In this document: positions 12,482-25,300 of the stretch, in pieces
Layout: the number at the start of each line of letters is the position of its first letter
How positions within the stretch are numbered: the stretch's first letter is position 1
From: Neophaeotheca triangularis
Lineage: Eukaryota
Length of the DNA stretch: 64,000 bases
Direction of reading: 5' to 3'
Assembly (NCBI GenBank): GCA_054600435.1
Contig: BAAIJX010000059.1
Span: 1-64,000, forward strand
Made by a program: the position numbers and the translations under genes
The notes under the pieces: model-generated
Told to the model about the DNA's origin: nothing
The model's input: only the letters and a program-made list of their open reading frames with translations
The model's database searches: none

Positions 12482-13362
12482 ATTGACCTAGACTGAAGGA
12501 GAGAGGGGGTAGATGTTGACGTTGATGCCGAAAAGGGCAGTCATGCCGTGCTGGATAAGGAGAGCCTTGGTAGCACCTGAGCGCCGTCAAATCTTCAGGC
12601 GTGACGTGAGGCTAAGGTGGGAGTGGGGCGAAAATGCGGCGGCGGCGGGAGTGGCCGTGATCGCCCGGCGAACCCTAAACTGTTTAGTGTGCCTGTCTGT
12701 CAGGGGTGAGCTTCGTTCGGCGGGAGGCAATGGCTTAGGTAACCAGAGATAAGGTAAGGGCGAATGCACAGTCAAAAACGTATCGAGCCATTTGCAGGCT
12801 AATATTTTGGTTCATCAATCAATATCAATCAATATCGGTAGAAGTGCTTGACTATTGTAACTGAAAATGCAGGGTCGATGAAGTCCGGGCAAGCCAATCA
12901 ACAGAACGGCGACCATGCTTCTCCTTGCGGCCCGAGCTTGAAGTTAGTTTAGACATTGCATCCGCTTCTGTGCATGAGAGAGAGTGCATGGTGTCAGTGT
13001 CAGTGTCAGTGAGTGTGTGTGCCTGGCAACGAAGCTGAGAGACATCATCATCCCCTACCTCCCGTTCTACTCCCGGCTACCTCCTCCAAGCCCCTCTCGG
13101 GTCTCACTGTCACTGGAAGAGACGTCCCGCCGTCGCTGGGCAATCTTCACTTCGGGACCAAGGCGCCACACCGAGTCAGCCACAGTCGCGGCTGCACCCC
13201 ATACCGATTCTGTCGTGGTATCGCATTGAGTGTCTGGAGGGTGAACAGGCCCCCCGTCATGGATTGAACTTTTGCAGTGTCTCTCGCTCTTCCACACCGA
13301 CCGCTTCAGCTCGGCAAACGGCAATCCGAGACATTGCTTCTCTTCCACCTCCCCCTTCCAAC

Positions 13363-16300
13363 ATGGCCGACAACATGGACACAGCCCCTCGCTACGAACC
13401 TCGACTCCGCCCCAACCCATATCTCACCAAACCCCGCGAAGCCATGCCCGACGATTCAGGAGGAGAGTCTGATGCATATACTCGTGGAGCTCCCAATCGC
13501 AAGTTCCAGCGCACCGCCCCGGATACCACTGAGACACTTACATTTCGGAAACCATCCGTCCCGGCCTCGGCGAACCGACCTGCTGGGCTGGAGAAGAGGC
13601 CCAGTCTTAGTGCTAGGAGAAGGAGCGGAGTGATGAATCAAAGGGAAAATGTTGGCGCGAGGGTGCCAAGTGGACCGAGGGAGTATGCGGGAAGTCCTGG
13701 CAAGAGGTATGCTCTCAGTCATTCTTGGAAAGACCGACATCGTGGTGTCAGAATGAAGTGGTGGAATACTAACATTACCTTCTCCTTCAGGAATGCCAGC
13801 ACCACCTCCTCCTTAGCCGCACCTTCCCTCGCCGATTCCAATACCAACCTACCCCAGCAACGCCCTTTCCTCCCCAACAGCAATTCCGATTCCTTCTTCC
13901 ACGGCAAGAACCAACATACACAATCCCGCTTCAGCTTTGGAAAACCTCCCACTAACGAATCCACGCCCCCAACGCCTGCTGATGATCAACCACGCGCCGA
14001 TGAACGAGACCTTGGATTTCTACCACCCGTGAACTTTGATGACTTTCATACGAGCTTGGCTGAATACGACGGTAATGGCATGGCGGCAGGAGGCTTGTTG
14101 AACAAATTCCCAAACACGCCAGCAGTATCAAGGAAGCCTGTGGGCGGCGACAGGAATATGAACAGTACCAAGGGTAACGGCTTGCCAAATGCCAGGGGCG
14201 CCGGACAAAGTGACCGACAAGAGGAAGCACAACCCGTGGACAGGTCTTCTAGTTTCAATAGGAGGAGAGTCAGCGCCTTCCCAAACGCTCGACAGGGAGA
14301 TTCAAAGGGTCTTCCGCAAAGCAACACCACACCGAATTTGAGCTTCAGAACAAGACGACAAAGTGTCGCACCCAATGCGCAGAATGCTGGGCCTCCTTCC
14401 AATACTGCGCCCCAATCGGGTACCACTTCATCAAAGCAACCGAGGAAGAGCGTAGGCCCTGGCTTGATCACTACTATGATGGGTAGGAGTGGCCAGCAAC
14501 CAGCATCCACGGCTCCAGCCGAGGGAGCAACACCTGCGAGAACTAGCAGTTTGAACAGAAATAGAAAAACGGCCTTGAACACCTCAGGTGCTAATGGGCA
14601 TGGCACAGAAGCGCCCCGGGTGTCCACGTTGACAGCGAACACTGCATCTCGAGCGGCCAAGGTCAAAACGTTGCAACCTCCTAGTCAAGATTCCGAGCCC
14701 AACACGCCCAACGCGCGCAACAGCACCAAGACCGGAGCGAATCGATCTCACACTCCCACATCCGGTGCTGGTAGCAGCAGCAAGCGGCAATCAATGGCAC
14801 CACCCAGTGGACGCGCTTCTGGACTGGGTGCTAGGACAGTCAGTCCAACCGACGCGAGGAGGCAGAAAAGGCTCAGCATGATGCAAGCGCCACCCGTGCC
14901 CACATCGAGTAATCAGCAGCAATCACAGCCAGCGCAGCACCACTCAGCACAGTGCACACCACAAGGCCCGCCTACACCGCAGGATGACCTTTCGCTTGCT
15001 CCGCGGAGTGCCACCAACTCTGAGCTCCCTCGCCTAGCCCAGCCCAGCCCCAGCTTGATACCAAGACGAACAGAGATGACTCCCAACTCAGGACGAACAT
15101 CACCAGAAGCCCGACATAGCTTTGTTGGTGGCGTTAGCTTGCACAAGAAGAGTAGTCAACAATCCTTGTCTTCCCCGTCGGCGTCTGGCTTCAATGGGAG
15201 CCAGTCCCGCCTGCCGACACCAAAAACAAGAACTCTCCACTCGGCGCAGGGGAGAGCAGATACTAGCTCGGATGGCGACGAGTCCGTGCCTCCCGTGCCT
15301 GCTATCCCCAAAGCTTATGAGAGTCCACAAGAGACGGAGACGAAGTTCTTTGATAGCGTCACTGAGCAGGAACGTTCGCATACTGAGAGCAGTGCTTTGC
15401 CGTTGCCTACCAGCCAAACGAGCGGCGGACTCGGCACGAGGCAGAAGAGAAACACGGATCTCCAGTCGGAGACACTCAGAAAGATTTCCGGCGAGTACTC
15501 TCAGTCACATCATGGTACAGCACAGCCAGCATTGAACGCATCCGCAACGTACAAAACCTCCCGGCAACAGAAAGCCGATCCGACAGCGACAGGTCGGAAG
15601 AACAATTCGCTCCAGCCGCTACGCCTTCCTCCGCTCAATCTGTTACCAATGTCGGACCCTGCCGGTCCCGCCCAGAAGCGAGTCTCAAGCGTACCCAAAC
15701 CTACGCAGGAGCTGACCCAGCGGGAGGAGCCCATCAGCAGCACTGCAGCAGGGGTGAAGACTCCCGAGCCGACACGACGAACAACAGCCAAGACCCCATC
15801 AACACCCATGACCGCCTCTAAAGCATCATTTTTCCGGCGTCAGGATAACGGTTACAATCAGAAAGGCAATGTTCGCAGCGCTTCGAGTCATTACGCGTTG
15901 CGCGATGCTACCGAGGACATGCCTGAGCCCGGGGCGACGAGGTTCTTCGACACTAGTGATGAAGAAGGTACTTCGTCTAGCGGGCCAGACCAAAAGGGTG
16001 TTTCCATCCCTACGGCTGCATCGAAGCAATACCGCGAGAAGAGGGGCATTACACCATTTGCTAGTGGCAGCCTACCCAAGGGTGGAGGGGAGTATGCTCG
16101 TCTGCGTGGGAGGCCGAGTGGTGATTGGGATGCGCCAACCGATGACTACAGTCTTGGAGGGTATCAAGGTCTGAGGTTGGAGAGCGCGAAACCGCAGGGT
16201 CCCAGGCCTAGGACAACTACGACTGCTGTGGCTGTGAGCGGCCCGCAGGACCAGCACGACCAAGAAGTCTCAACTCCTCCGCAATCGAGCGGTGAGAAGA

Positions 16301-19154
16301 AAGAAAGTACGGGTAGTAGCTTGAGGAGGAAGCTGAGTCTGGGCTGGCGAAGAGCTTCTAGCAAGAATGCTACCCATGCCGAAAACCAACCTCAATCAAG
16401 CCCACAGGAAGAGAAGGACGAAGGTCAATTCTACCGGCAACAACAACAGCAGTCTCAGACAACCAAGAAGTACAGCGAGATGCCACCACCGAAGCTGCCG
16501 GCTTCTGCTACCTGGAGCAACGACATGGGTATCCCGAGCCTGCCGAGTAGCAATCGTCCAAGTCTCGAGACCGCGCGCAGGAAGAGTACAGCTGCCGCCC
16601 TACACAACGCCAACGGCAGCGACGCCACTACGCCTTCTGCCGATCCTCCACAAACCCAGAGCAATGCCCCTCGAATTACAAAACTGCACTCTGAACAACC
16701 CATCCCAGCGCCCTCTACCGCCACTACCTCGACTAACCGCTCAACCAGCTGGGGCAACTTCACTATCCCAACAACCCGCACCCCTAAACCACCCCTAAAC
16801 CAAAACCAACAGCAGCAACAACCTCCACCCGCCATCGCCCGTTCACGTCAACCCAACGCGACCCCCACAGCCCCGACAAAAGACAAAGACGACCTCGCTG
16901 CTGACGCCGAAATGCTGCGCCTCTCGCAGAAACGCCGCGACGTTGACGCCGCGGCCCGCGAAACCGAAGCCTTACACCAGCGCGCCGTGCCGCGCCCGCC
17001 TCTCTCGCCCGATCAAGCCCTCGCCGATCGCCACTCCCACCTCAATATCTTCGAGCGCGGCGAGATCACCGAGTACGCCGAGACGGGAGTGTACTTCACA
17101 GGCACCAAGAACTCCCGCAAAATCATCGGCTCCTTGAATCCTGATAGCGGCAAGACTTCCTCCAGTGCTGGGGGTGATACCAAAGAAGGCAACCACGGCT
17201 ACGACGATGAGCGTGGTGATTACAACATTGTTATTGGGGATCATCTGGCTTATCGCTATGAGGTCATCGATGTGCTGGGGAAGGGGTCTTTCGGCCAGGT
17301 TGTTAGGTGCGTCGATCATAAGGAGGGAGGGATTGTCGCGGTCAAGATTATTCGAAACAAAAAGAGGTTTCATCAGCAGGCGCTTGTGGAGGTGGGCATT
17401 CTGGGGAGGTTGGGGGGATGGGTAAGTCTCAGGCCTTTCCTTGCTTTCCTTCTTGCTGCGTTCCGGCTTTCCGGCGTTCCAGCGTGGTTTGCTCATTTCA
17501 AGACCCGACTCGTGCGAACTTAATGAGTTGAATGCGTGCGAGAATATTGGAAGTAAGCTAATTGTGATGTCTTCAGGACCCCCACGGCCACCATGCCACC
17601 CTCTCCATCATTCGATCCTTCTATTTCCGCTCTCACCTCTGCATCGTAACGCCATGTCTCTCCATCAACCTGTACGAACTAATTCGCGCCCACAACTTCA
17701 CCGGCTTTTCTGTGCCTCTAATCCGCCGATTTACCCGTCAACTCCTCTCTTGCCTGGCTCTCCTTCAAACCAAACGCATCATCCACTGCGATCTCAAACC
17801 TGAAAACATCCTACTATGCTCCGCTCGTACTGCGGACGTGCGCGTTATCGACTTTGGCAGCTCGTGCCGCGAAGAGGAAAAGGTCTACACCTACATCCAA
17901 TCCCGCTTCTACCGCTCCCCGGAAGTCATTCTTGGCAGTTCGTACGGTCTAGGAATAGATGTCTGGTCTTTGGGGTGTATCCTTGCAGAGCTTTGGACTG
18001 GCTATCCATTATTCCCTGGAGAGAATGAACAAGAGCAGCTCGCCTGCATTATGGAGATATTCGGCCCGCCCGACCGCCATCTAGTCGACCGCTGCACTCG
18101 CAAGAAGCTCTTCTTCGATTCCGTCGGCAAGCCCCGGGTCACTGTCTCCTCCAAAGGTCGCCGCCGCCGCCCAAGCTCCAAGACTCTTTCCCAAGCTCTC
18201 AAATGCGACGACGAAGCCTTCGTAGACTTCATCGCCCGCTGCCTCCGCTGGGACCCCGACCGTCGTCTCAAAGCCAGCGAAGCCATCAACCACCCCTTCG
18301 TCACAGGCCAACCCATGCACACTCGTGGTGGCGGCATCCCAGACGAAGCCCGACGCGCAGCACGCATTCGCTCCACAGCCGCAGCAGGTATCAGCAACAT
18401 CGCAAGCACAGGCGGCGTCCCCAGCCCTGTCAAGCGCGTCCAAACTACGGGCACAAACCCCGTAAACGCCCCCTCGACCACTACAGCAGCCAACACACGA
18501 CAACTCGCCGGCAACGCTTTCGCGCAGCAAGCCGCCACCGCCTCCGCCTCAGCTTCCGCCGCAAACAACACCACCGAGGTCGCAACCACTCCCGTCAAAC
18601 CCAAACGCACCGCCACAACCGACTCCACAGGCCCAGGTACGCCGCAGACAGTCGTGCGCAATGCCACAACCACTGCCGGCGGCTCTCCCGCAAAACCAGC
18701 TTTGGGAAGCAGGAGGCAGAGCGCTTTCACCTCTTCTTCGACTTCCGACAACGCCGGCCCCATCCCAACGTGGGCGAGCGCAGGAACTCGTCCCGGGATG
18801 GGCGCGAAGCGGGGTTCCAACGGCAACGTCCTGACCTCCACAAACTCTTACTCTGGCGGCAACGGCAACACGGATGCCGGACAGACTTACACCCGCCAGC
18901 CGAGCTTTAACTCCCTCCAGTCCAATAGCAATCCCGCTTCCGCGACGCCGAATTCCGCTTTCGCTGGCCAAAACGGAAGTGGTTTGAGTGGGACGGGTCA
19001 AGGGGGTATCGGCGCCAGTGGCGGTGCGGCGGCTTCGGCTGCTAGGTTGGCGCAGTTGGCCGCTGCGCAGGCCACGAGTTCGGCCAGCGCTGCCGCCGGG
19101 GGGACTGTGGGGTACGGTCAAGGTGCGGGGTTTGGGAGGGGGAGGAGGGGTTGA
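13363..19154 (+). CDS. pom1: DYRK-family kinase, Pom1-like; introns 13707-13790 and 17422-17576
   Basis: Long disordered N-terminus, DH-box GYDDERGDY, GKGSFGQV, HCDLKPENIL, DFGSSC and activation loop YTYIQSRFYRSPE. Confidence 0.92.
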
Positions 19155-19933
19155 GTGAGAAGATACAGATGGAAAATAGAAAGAGTAGGCTTTGCTCTTT
19201 GTGCGTGGGTGCGTCTCGTGTGATTTTTGCGGACCACGGTTGGCGAGACTTTGGCTTGGGCTTGGGTCTGGGGTTGCTGTTTGGCTGCTTGCACTCAGTG
19301 CATCTTTTCCGTGATGCAAGCTGTGCTATGCTGTCTCCTAGTACTGTAAAGCGGGTTGAATGGGATGAGATGGTGATGGCATGAGAAAAAAGAAGACGAG
19401 GTATATTAGTCTACTATAACACTGCAGATATACCGCTGCATACGTGCGAGTTCGTGTTAGTTTTTATCTATCAAAGGGATAGAGTGTGGTTCTAGCTAAG
19501 GTATTAGCAGAATGTGTAATCTTACTACCCTGAGATGATGCTCCTTCCATATGTAGAGATCGATCATCGAGTTGCTCTAACATACGCGTTCGTGATAGCG
19601 TGCTTCCCTTAAGGTATTAGCAACTAAAGATTGTCAGTACTATCTTGAGCTAAGAAGGGGTGAGGTTGCTCGGGAAGTTCCCTGGATCACGTGGGTTGCT
19701 TGGCAAAGCTGTCGACCTTTAGCTTCAACTGTTCTTCGAAGGACTTATTATCCAACCTTCTGGGACCAGCATCAGCAACAGCGCTTGTACGCCGCTAACT
19801 CTTCCTGCACTTGCCATGCACCATGGATGAAGCCTCTGTGCCTTCACTTCTACCGATAGCCCCCGAAGCTAGATACGCTCGACCTTGGGGAACCGTTACC
19901 ACCAGTCCATAGACACTCCCTCGAGCCGCTCCG

Positions 19934-21958
19934 ATGGGATCACGCGAATACGAAGAGGAGGATGCGGACTTGGAAGCAGCGAACACGTTTATTTCGGCAC
20001 GACCGCCCTTAGAAGAATCACAGCGCCTCTACGAGCCCCATAACACCCGGAGAGAGACGGAAGCGTCTCCCCCAAGCTCAAGCTTCGACATCGAAGACGA
20101 ACCCACAACGTCACCCCGTTGGCAAAGAGCAGCGACGAAGCTGGGTCTTCCTCACTCGGCCAAAGTGGTATGGGAGTCGGTCAAGACCTGGGTACAAGGA
20201 CCCTCTCCACCGCGGATATACAAGATTGCGCCGATATTTCCTAAACTGCAACGCGCGCCTCTAAAGCTGCTGGACAATTACGCGTCTGAGACGCGGCAGA
20301 GATTCTGGCTCTTAGTTGCTGTCTATGCCCTTTGGTTCGCGCATTGTGGCATCATCCTACGGAGCAGCGTGAAGGCAGCTTCGACATCGGATGAGTACGG
20401 CCAACGAGTGAATTTGGAGTGCACTACGAGACTATGGGAGAGTGCTCAAAGTTGTGCTATTGGTGGCGAGCTCTGTCGCCCGTTTGCAGATTCGGATATG
20501 GCTTTTCGCTGTCCTGCAGATTGCCAGGACGAGTTTTTGCTTAGCCCTTATACTGTAGGCGACAGGCAAGTTGCGTATGAGCCGCTCGTTATTGGTGGGC
20601 CCGCGAGCGAACACGATGGACCCGACAGCGTTGCCAACGCTACTTATCGGGGAGACTCTTTCATTTGCGCTTCCGCTATCCACGCCGACCTGTTTCGGGC
20701 GTCTACTGGTGGTTGTGGTGTCTTGTCTCTTCTCGGTGAGCAGTTTGCCTTTCACTCTTCCACACGCAATGGCCTCCGTTCCACGGGTTTCGACTCCTAC
20801 TTTCCGCAATCCTTTGCTTTTCTTTCCGGCTCCAATTTGCATGATGTGTGTGAAGATCCCCGCTGGTCGCTTCTCACCGTGTCCGTTTTTTACACGACTA
20901 TGTTATCACTTTTCACGACGAACTCTGCCGTATTTTTCTGGTCTATCTTCATTATGCTTTTCTTCCACGTCAGTTTCGCGTCCGATCCGCCGAGTCCGAT
21001 GAACTACTACGACATCTTGAGCATTTCCCTTGGCAATTTCTTACCTGCGACTTTCTGCGCGTGGGTCACATACAGCTACACGGTCAAAAGATCTCTCGAA
21101 AACCTCACAGCACAGTTTGAGAAAACGATACTATGGCTCGGACCCGCTTGGATCGGCGCTCTCAACAACATAACCTTCGACCGCCTCCCCCTCCAACGCC
21201 TCACACCAACCGACATTAAATCACAACCCGGAGCGATACCAACTTTAGTAACCATCGTCCTTATCATCTTCCTAATTGCCCTCAGCCAAGCCTGGTCCTT
21301 CCGCATCGAAGGCCGCATGCCACGTTACCTCCTTCTCTACGCCCTCCTCGTCCTCTCGATCCTCACCCTCATCGCTCTCCCTGGCGAAAGCTTGCGTCTC
21401 CACCACTATATCCTCGCACTCCTCCTACTTCCCGGCACCTCTTTCCAAAACCGTTCGTCGCTCGTTTACCAGGGCCTTCTCGTCGGTCTATTCATCAACG
21501 GCACTGCGCGCTGGGGTTTCGCGAGCATCCTTGAGACTCCGGCGGCTTTGCTGCAAGGTGCGCCTTCAGGCAGTCTGCTGCCGGCGGTTTCTGTTGCGGC
21601 GATTGGGGTGGGAAATATTACTTTTGATCTGGGGATGTTGCCTGTTAGAGAGGAGACGGGGATTGTCTATGAGGGTGTCTCGGTGCTCGTTAACGATGTC
21701 GAGCGTTCAAGGGAATGGCGCGATGGGGTTGATGTCGTTGATGGTCGTGTTTCTTGGACTTGGACGAGGCATGTTGCGGAGGATGCCAGTAGCGAGGAGA
21801 AGGAGATAACGCTGGGGGAGGGAGAGGAGAAAAAACGAGAGTTGGCTGAGTATTTTCGCTTTGGCTATGTGTCGCGCTCTGCTTCTGGTGATTATACCAA
21901 GGCGGGCGTTTGGCGGGGCGATGGGGAGTGGGTTAAGCCTGCAAAGGGTCCTAGCTAG
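19934..21958 (+). CDS. LCCL-domain multi-pass membrane protein
   Basis: FRCPADC and YRGDSFICASAIHA LCCL motifs, many hydrophobic segments, LRLHHY motif; single exon. Confidence 0.88.
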   Translation: MGSREYEEEDADLEAANTFISARPPLEESQRLYEPHNTRRETEASPPSSSFDIEDEPTTSPRWQRAATKLGLPHSAKVVWESVKTWVQGPSPPRIYKIAPIFPKLQRAPLKLLDNYASETRQRFWLLVAVYALWFAHCGIILRSSVKAASTSDEYGQRVNLECTTRLWESAQSCAIGGELCRPFADSDMAFRCPADCQDEFLLSPYTVGDRQVAYEPLVIGGPASEHDGPDSVANATYRGDSFICASAIHADLFRASTGGCGVLSLLGEQFAFHSSTRNGLRSTGFDSYFPQSFAFLSGSNLHDVCEDPRWSLLTVSVFYTTMLSLFTTNSAVFFWSIFIMLFFHVSFASDPPSPMNYYDILSISLGNFLPATFCAWVTYSYTVKRSLENLTAQFEKTILWLGPAWIGALNNITFDRLPLQRLTPTDIKSQPGAIPTLVTIVLIIFLIALSQAWSFRIEGRMPRYLLLYALLVLSILTLIALPGESLRLHHYILALLLLPGTSFQNRSSLVYQGLLVGLFINGTARWGFASILETPAALLQGAPSGSLLPAVSVAAIGVGNITFDLGMLPVREETGIVYEGVSVLVNDVERSREWRDGVDVVDGRVSWTWTRHVAEDASSEEKEITLGEGEEKKRELAEYFRFGYVSRSASGDYTKAGVWRGDGEWVKPAKGPS

Positions 21959-22164
21959 AGCGCCGAAGTGAGCTGAGAGAGGCTGCTACTTCACAGGAGA
22001 TCATGGCAGAGCTTTTGAGGCATCTCGCGACAATGCAGGAGACCCTAGCTTCTGGGTTACAGTAAGCTGGACGCGACGGGTGACGTGCTTCAATCACCTC
22101 GTGCTGTGAAGGCCTCCCACCTCGGCGTTTGCGGTGTTGGCGGAGGTTCTCGCAGTCACGGGCG

Positions 22165-22850
22165 ATGTTGCAACTTCCGTTAATATGGTAGTAGCACGGG
22201 GTATAACTAGGTAACTTATCATAACCGAATTAAGATATGATGACTACTAGTAATAATAGAGCTTTATATGGAGTAACTAATAACGACAACTACCGAGAGA
22301 CGGCTGTCAACAACCTAAGCTACCGACAAGCTCAACTAGTGCATACACTATACTATATCGAGCGATGGAAGCCAGTCTTCTACCGGAGAAGAGAGAGCAT
22401 TACTATAGAGAACCTACGTGCAGGCAATTCACTGTCGTTTGTGTAGCCATGCAGGTCCCTTAGAGCCTTCCACCTGCATTCCACCGTATGCGCTACCCCT
22501 AATGCTGTCGACGCCGGACAAACCACTGACTCAAGTTCCGAAATTCTAGATTGAGAACGTGACCGCCTTAGGGCTAAGCTAGCCCTGCATAGGCGAGCAG
22601 ATGCTTGTCTCGATGCTTGTACGAGAGCTGACCATCGTCGTCGACGTACGCTCAACTCCATCGAGTAAGAGGGCTCGTGTTCGCTACCGAGTGAATGTTG
22701 GCTTTCGAGGGCCGTGAAGTCGTCTCCGCCCTGCGACTCCTCTAGCCCTATTAAAGGGGTCTTTCTCCGCTATTCGAAACAGGATGTCCCTCAACTGCCT
22801 ACAGCTAAGGAGGCATTCCTTCTGGTGGCGCAGTCCGTCTAACAGGGGAA
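22165..22850 (+). pseudogene. Decayed reading frame with a TpA-rich, RIP-like 5' part
   Basis: 22180-22340 is visibly TA-rich compared with its flanks. One frame gives protein-like stretches interrupted by stops. Confidence 0.35.
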
Positions 22851-22976
22851 ACAGAGGCAGGTTCTCGCCAGCGACGCGTGTAGTGTCAAGCAACGCTCGC
22901 ATCAAGTAACTCATCTAGCCTCCGCTCCGGGAGTATCTTTTTCAATCAGTTCAGCGTGCTTCATGCAAATCACAGA

Positions 22977-24011
22977 ATGTTTTTTCGCGGTTCCCGGTTG
23001 CTGCGACTTTTGCTCGTAGTCCCTTTGCTATCGTTGCTGTTTTTGGTTCGAAGACAGATACACTATGAAGGTGTGTTGGCCGCATCATCAATCACGTTCG
23101 ACGACTTTCCGGTTGGGTATCCTCAAGCTCTCAGGACGGCGCAGTTGAGAGGCGAGACTCCTAGATACGAATGGCCGGGAATCGCCCCTGCCAGCGTCGA
23201 TTCGACACAGGATGAGCGAACGACAATCCCGCCCATCATCCATTTCATCTGGTTCAAGGACCTCTACCACGAACACCTGGACGTTTCGCAAATCCCTCAC
23301 AAAGGCTCCCGGGCACCCGATGCTTGCCGCTTTCACAACCCCGACTACGAGATAATCACTTGGAATCAGACAGCCGCGCGCTCTCTGTTAGAAAATCACT
23401 ATCCCTCACTGATACCGCTTTATGACGGCTACCGCTACCCAATCCAACAAATCGACCTCTTCAAATACGTGCTACTGTGGCATTACGGAGGCATCTACAT
23501 GGATCTCGACATAGCATGCCGCCACGAGCTCGACGCCCTACTGCCCTTCCTAGCCTGGTACCCGAAAGCCTTGCCTTTCGGCGTCAACAATGACCTGATG
23601 GCAAGCCGCGCTCGACATCCTTTCGTAGGCTACATGCTCGACCGGCTTGAAGGCCGCAACTGGAACCTCTTCTTCCCGTACTTGACAATCTTCTGGTCGA
23701 CCGGCCCGCAGTTCACGAGCGACATGCTGAGTAGCTGGTTTAGGAAGCAAACGAACACATACGTGCATGGGACGGGCAAGGCGGGTTACGGCAAAGACAT
23801 GGTTTACGTGCTGCCGCAGGAGTTCTACTCGGAAAAGTACACGTTTTTCGGGCACGGGCCGGGCGGCACGTGGCACGGGCAGGATGTCGCTGTGGTGTTG
23901 TGGTTTGTGGCTCACCCGTTCGCTGTTGCGCTGCCCGCTGTCTTGTGTTGTCTGGCGGCTGTGTTTGTGTGTTTGAAGGTCAGGCGGCAGCGGGCTGGGC
24001 TGAAAGTTTGA
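22977..24011 (+). CDS. Glycosyltransferase family 32 (SUR1/CSH1-like MIPC synthase family)
   Basis: N-terminal TM, IPPIIHFIW, YRYPIQQIDLFKY, GGIYMDLD (DXD), STGPQF and a C-terminal TM. Confidence 0.9.
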   Translation: MFFRGSRLLRLLLVVPLLSLLFLVRRQIHYEGVLAASSITFDDFPVGYPQALRTAQLRGETPRYEWPGIAPASVDSTQDERTTIPPIIHFIWFKDLYHEHLDVSQIPHKGSRAPDACRFHNPDYEIITWNQTAARSLLENHYPSLIPLYDGYRYPIQQIDLFKYVLLWHYGGIYMDLDIACRHELDALLPFLAWYPKALPFGVNNDLMASRARHPFVGYMLDRLEGRNWNLFFPYLTIFWSTGPQFTSDMLSSWFRKQTNTYVHGTGKAGYGKDMVYVLPQEFYSEKYTFFGHGPGGTWHGQDVAVVLWFVAHPFAVALPAVLCCLAAVFVCLKVRRQRAGLKV

Positions 24012-25300
24012 AGGAAGCGCTTAGACGGAGATGCGCGAGCTTTGGGACGATAAATGTTAGAATCGCTTGGAGCGAAGCATCCACTTGTATGCATGTGTCT
24101 TTTTCCTGCGGTTTTCACAGTGGAATGTTGGGGCTTTGTATCCACGGCTCACGGTGTTCCTGTCCAGAAGCCTTACAAACAGGCAGAAGCAATCCACGAG
24201 GCCGGCCTTTTCGCTCCAATGTGACAGCCGTTGTCGCTTAGCGACTAAGGACCAGTTCCAAGAAATCGCTCATTACGGCCTCCCTGGATCGAGAGTGCTC
24301 GTGTCGATACAGATCGCATGATCTCTAAAAGTCTCAGGGCATCCTGCCACATGCCGTTTGGGAGCAATTTGGGGCAGAGCGGCAAGGGAACATGTTGTGG
24401 GTTTAGGGTTTGCTAAGCTGCAATCTCATGCGGAGCTCCAAGTTCCTTCAACAAAATTGGCAAGGCATTGGCACGGAACCTGCAAGGGCCGTAGCAACGT
24501 CTGTGGCGGACCGAACTCGGAATTATATCTCGAAGGTTCGTTTGGGGTCCCTCGTTATGGTAGATCGAACGCCCTTTCTACAACGCGAGAGAACGACGAT
24601 ATTAACCGGAGAGCCGACGAAGATGGTATAGGAAGCCTACGGCCGAGCGATTGCCCCCCCTCGAGGCGGCGTAGTAACATGAAGGCTTAAACCTCATCTC
24701 AAGCTGTCTGTCGCATCAGTGAGGAATTGTAGAGCATCAGGCACGGACCACGAGATGTCCCCGAAGGTCGACCTTTGTGACCTGTTGGTCTGTTGGACTT
24801 CTGTGCTCGTTTCCGTGTAAAGGATCGTATTTGAAGTGGAGAGCCTTGAGGCGCCAGAGGCTGAACGAGCCACATCGGCCGCGTGGCAGGAGGCTGAAGC
24901 TTTACGAGAGGTACCTTGGATCGTAAAGAGCTAACAAGGAGAGAGGAAATGTTCGAGGGCATCTCGCTGTCCTTGAGAATTTGGTGCAAGCTAAGGTAGT
25001 TGATGTTGTATAGAGGCGAACACCAGGACCAGTCCAGACTCTCCAGACTTCGAGTCCCCGCCCGTCTTCAGACTTCTGCCGGCCCAGTCCAACTCCAACG
25101 TCCTTCCGCTAGCGCCGCATCTTGCCGTAACCTTATTTAATCTACACCCTTGTTTCAGCCTCGGCTCGACTTCATGATAGTTGTCCATACCACAAACCAA
25201 CTAGGCAAAAACCATACTTCACTGACAAGGCCAATGCTTCCACGATAACGCCGTACTTACAGCCTGGAGCTGTATATATACTCAACATAGCTTCGCCGCC

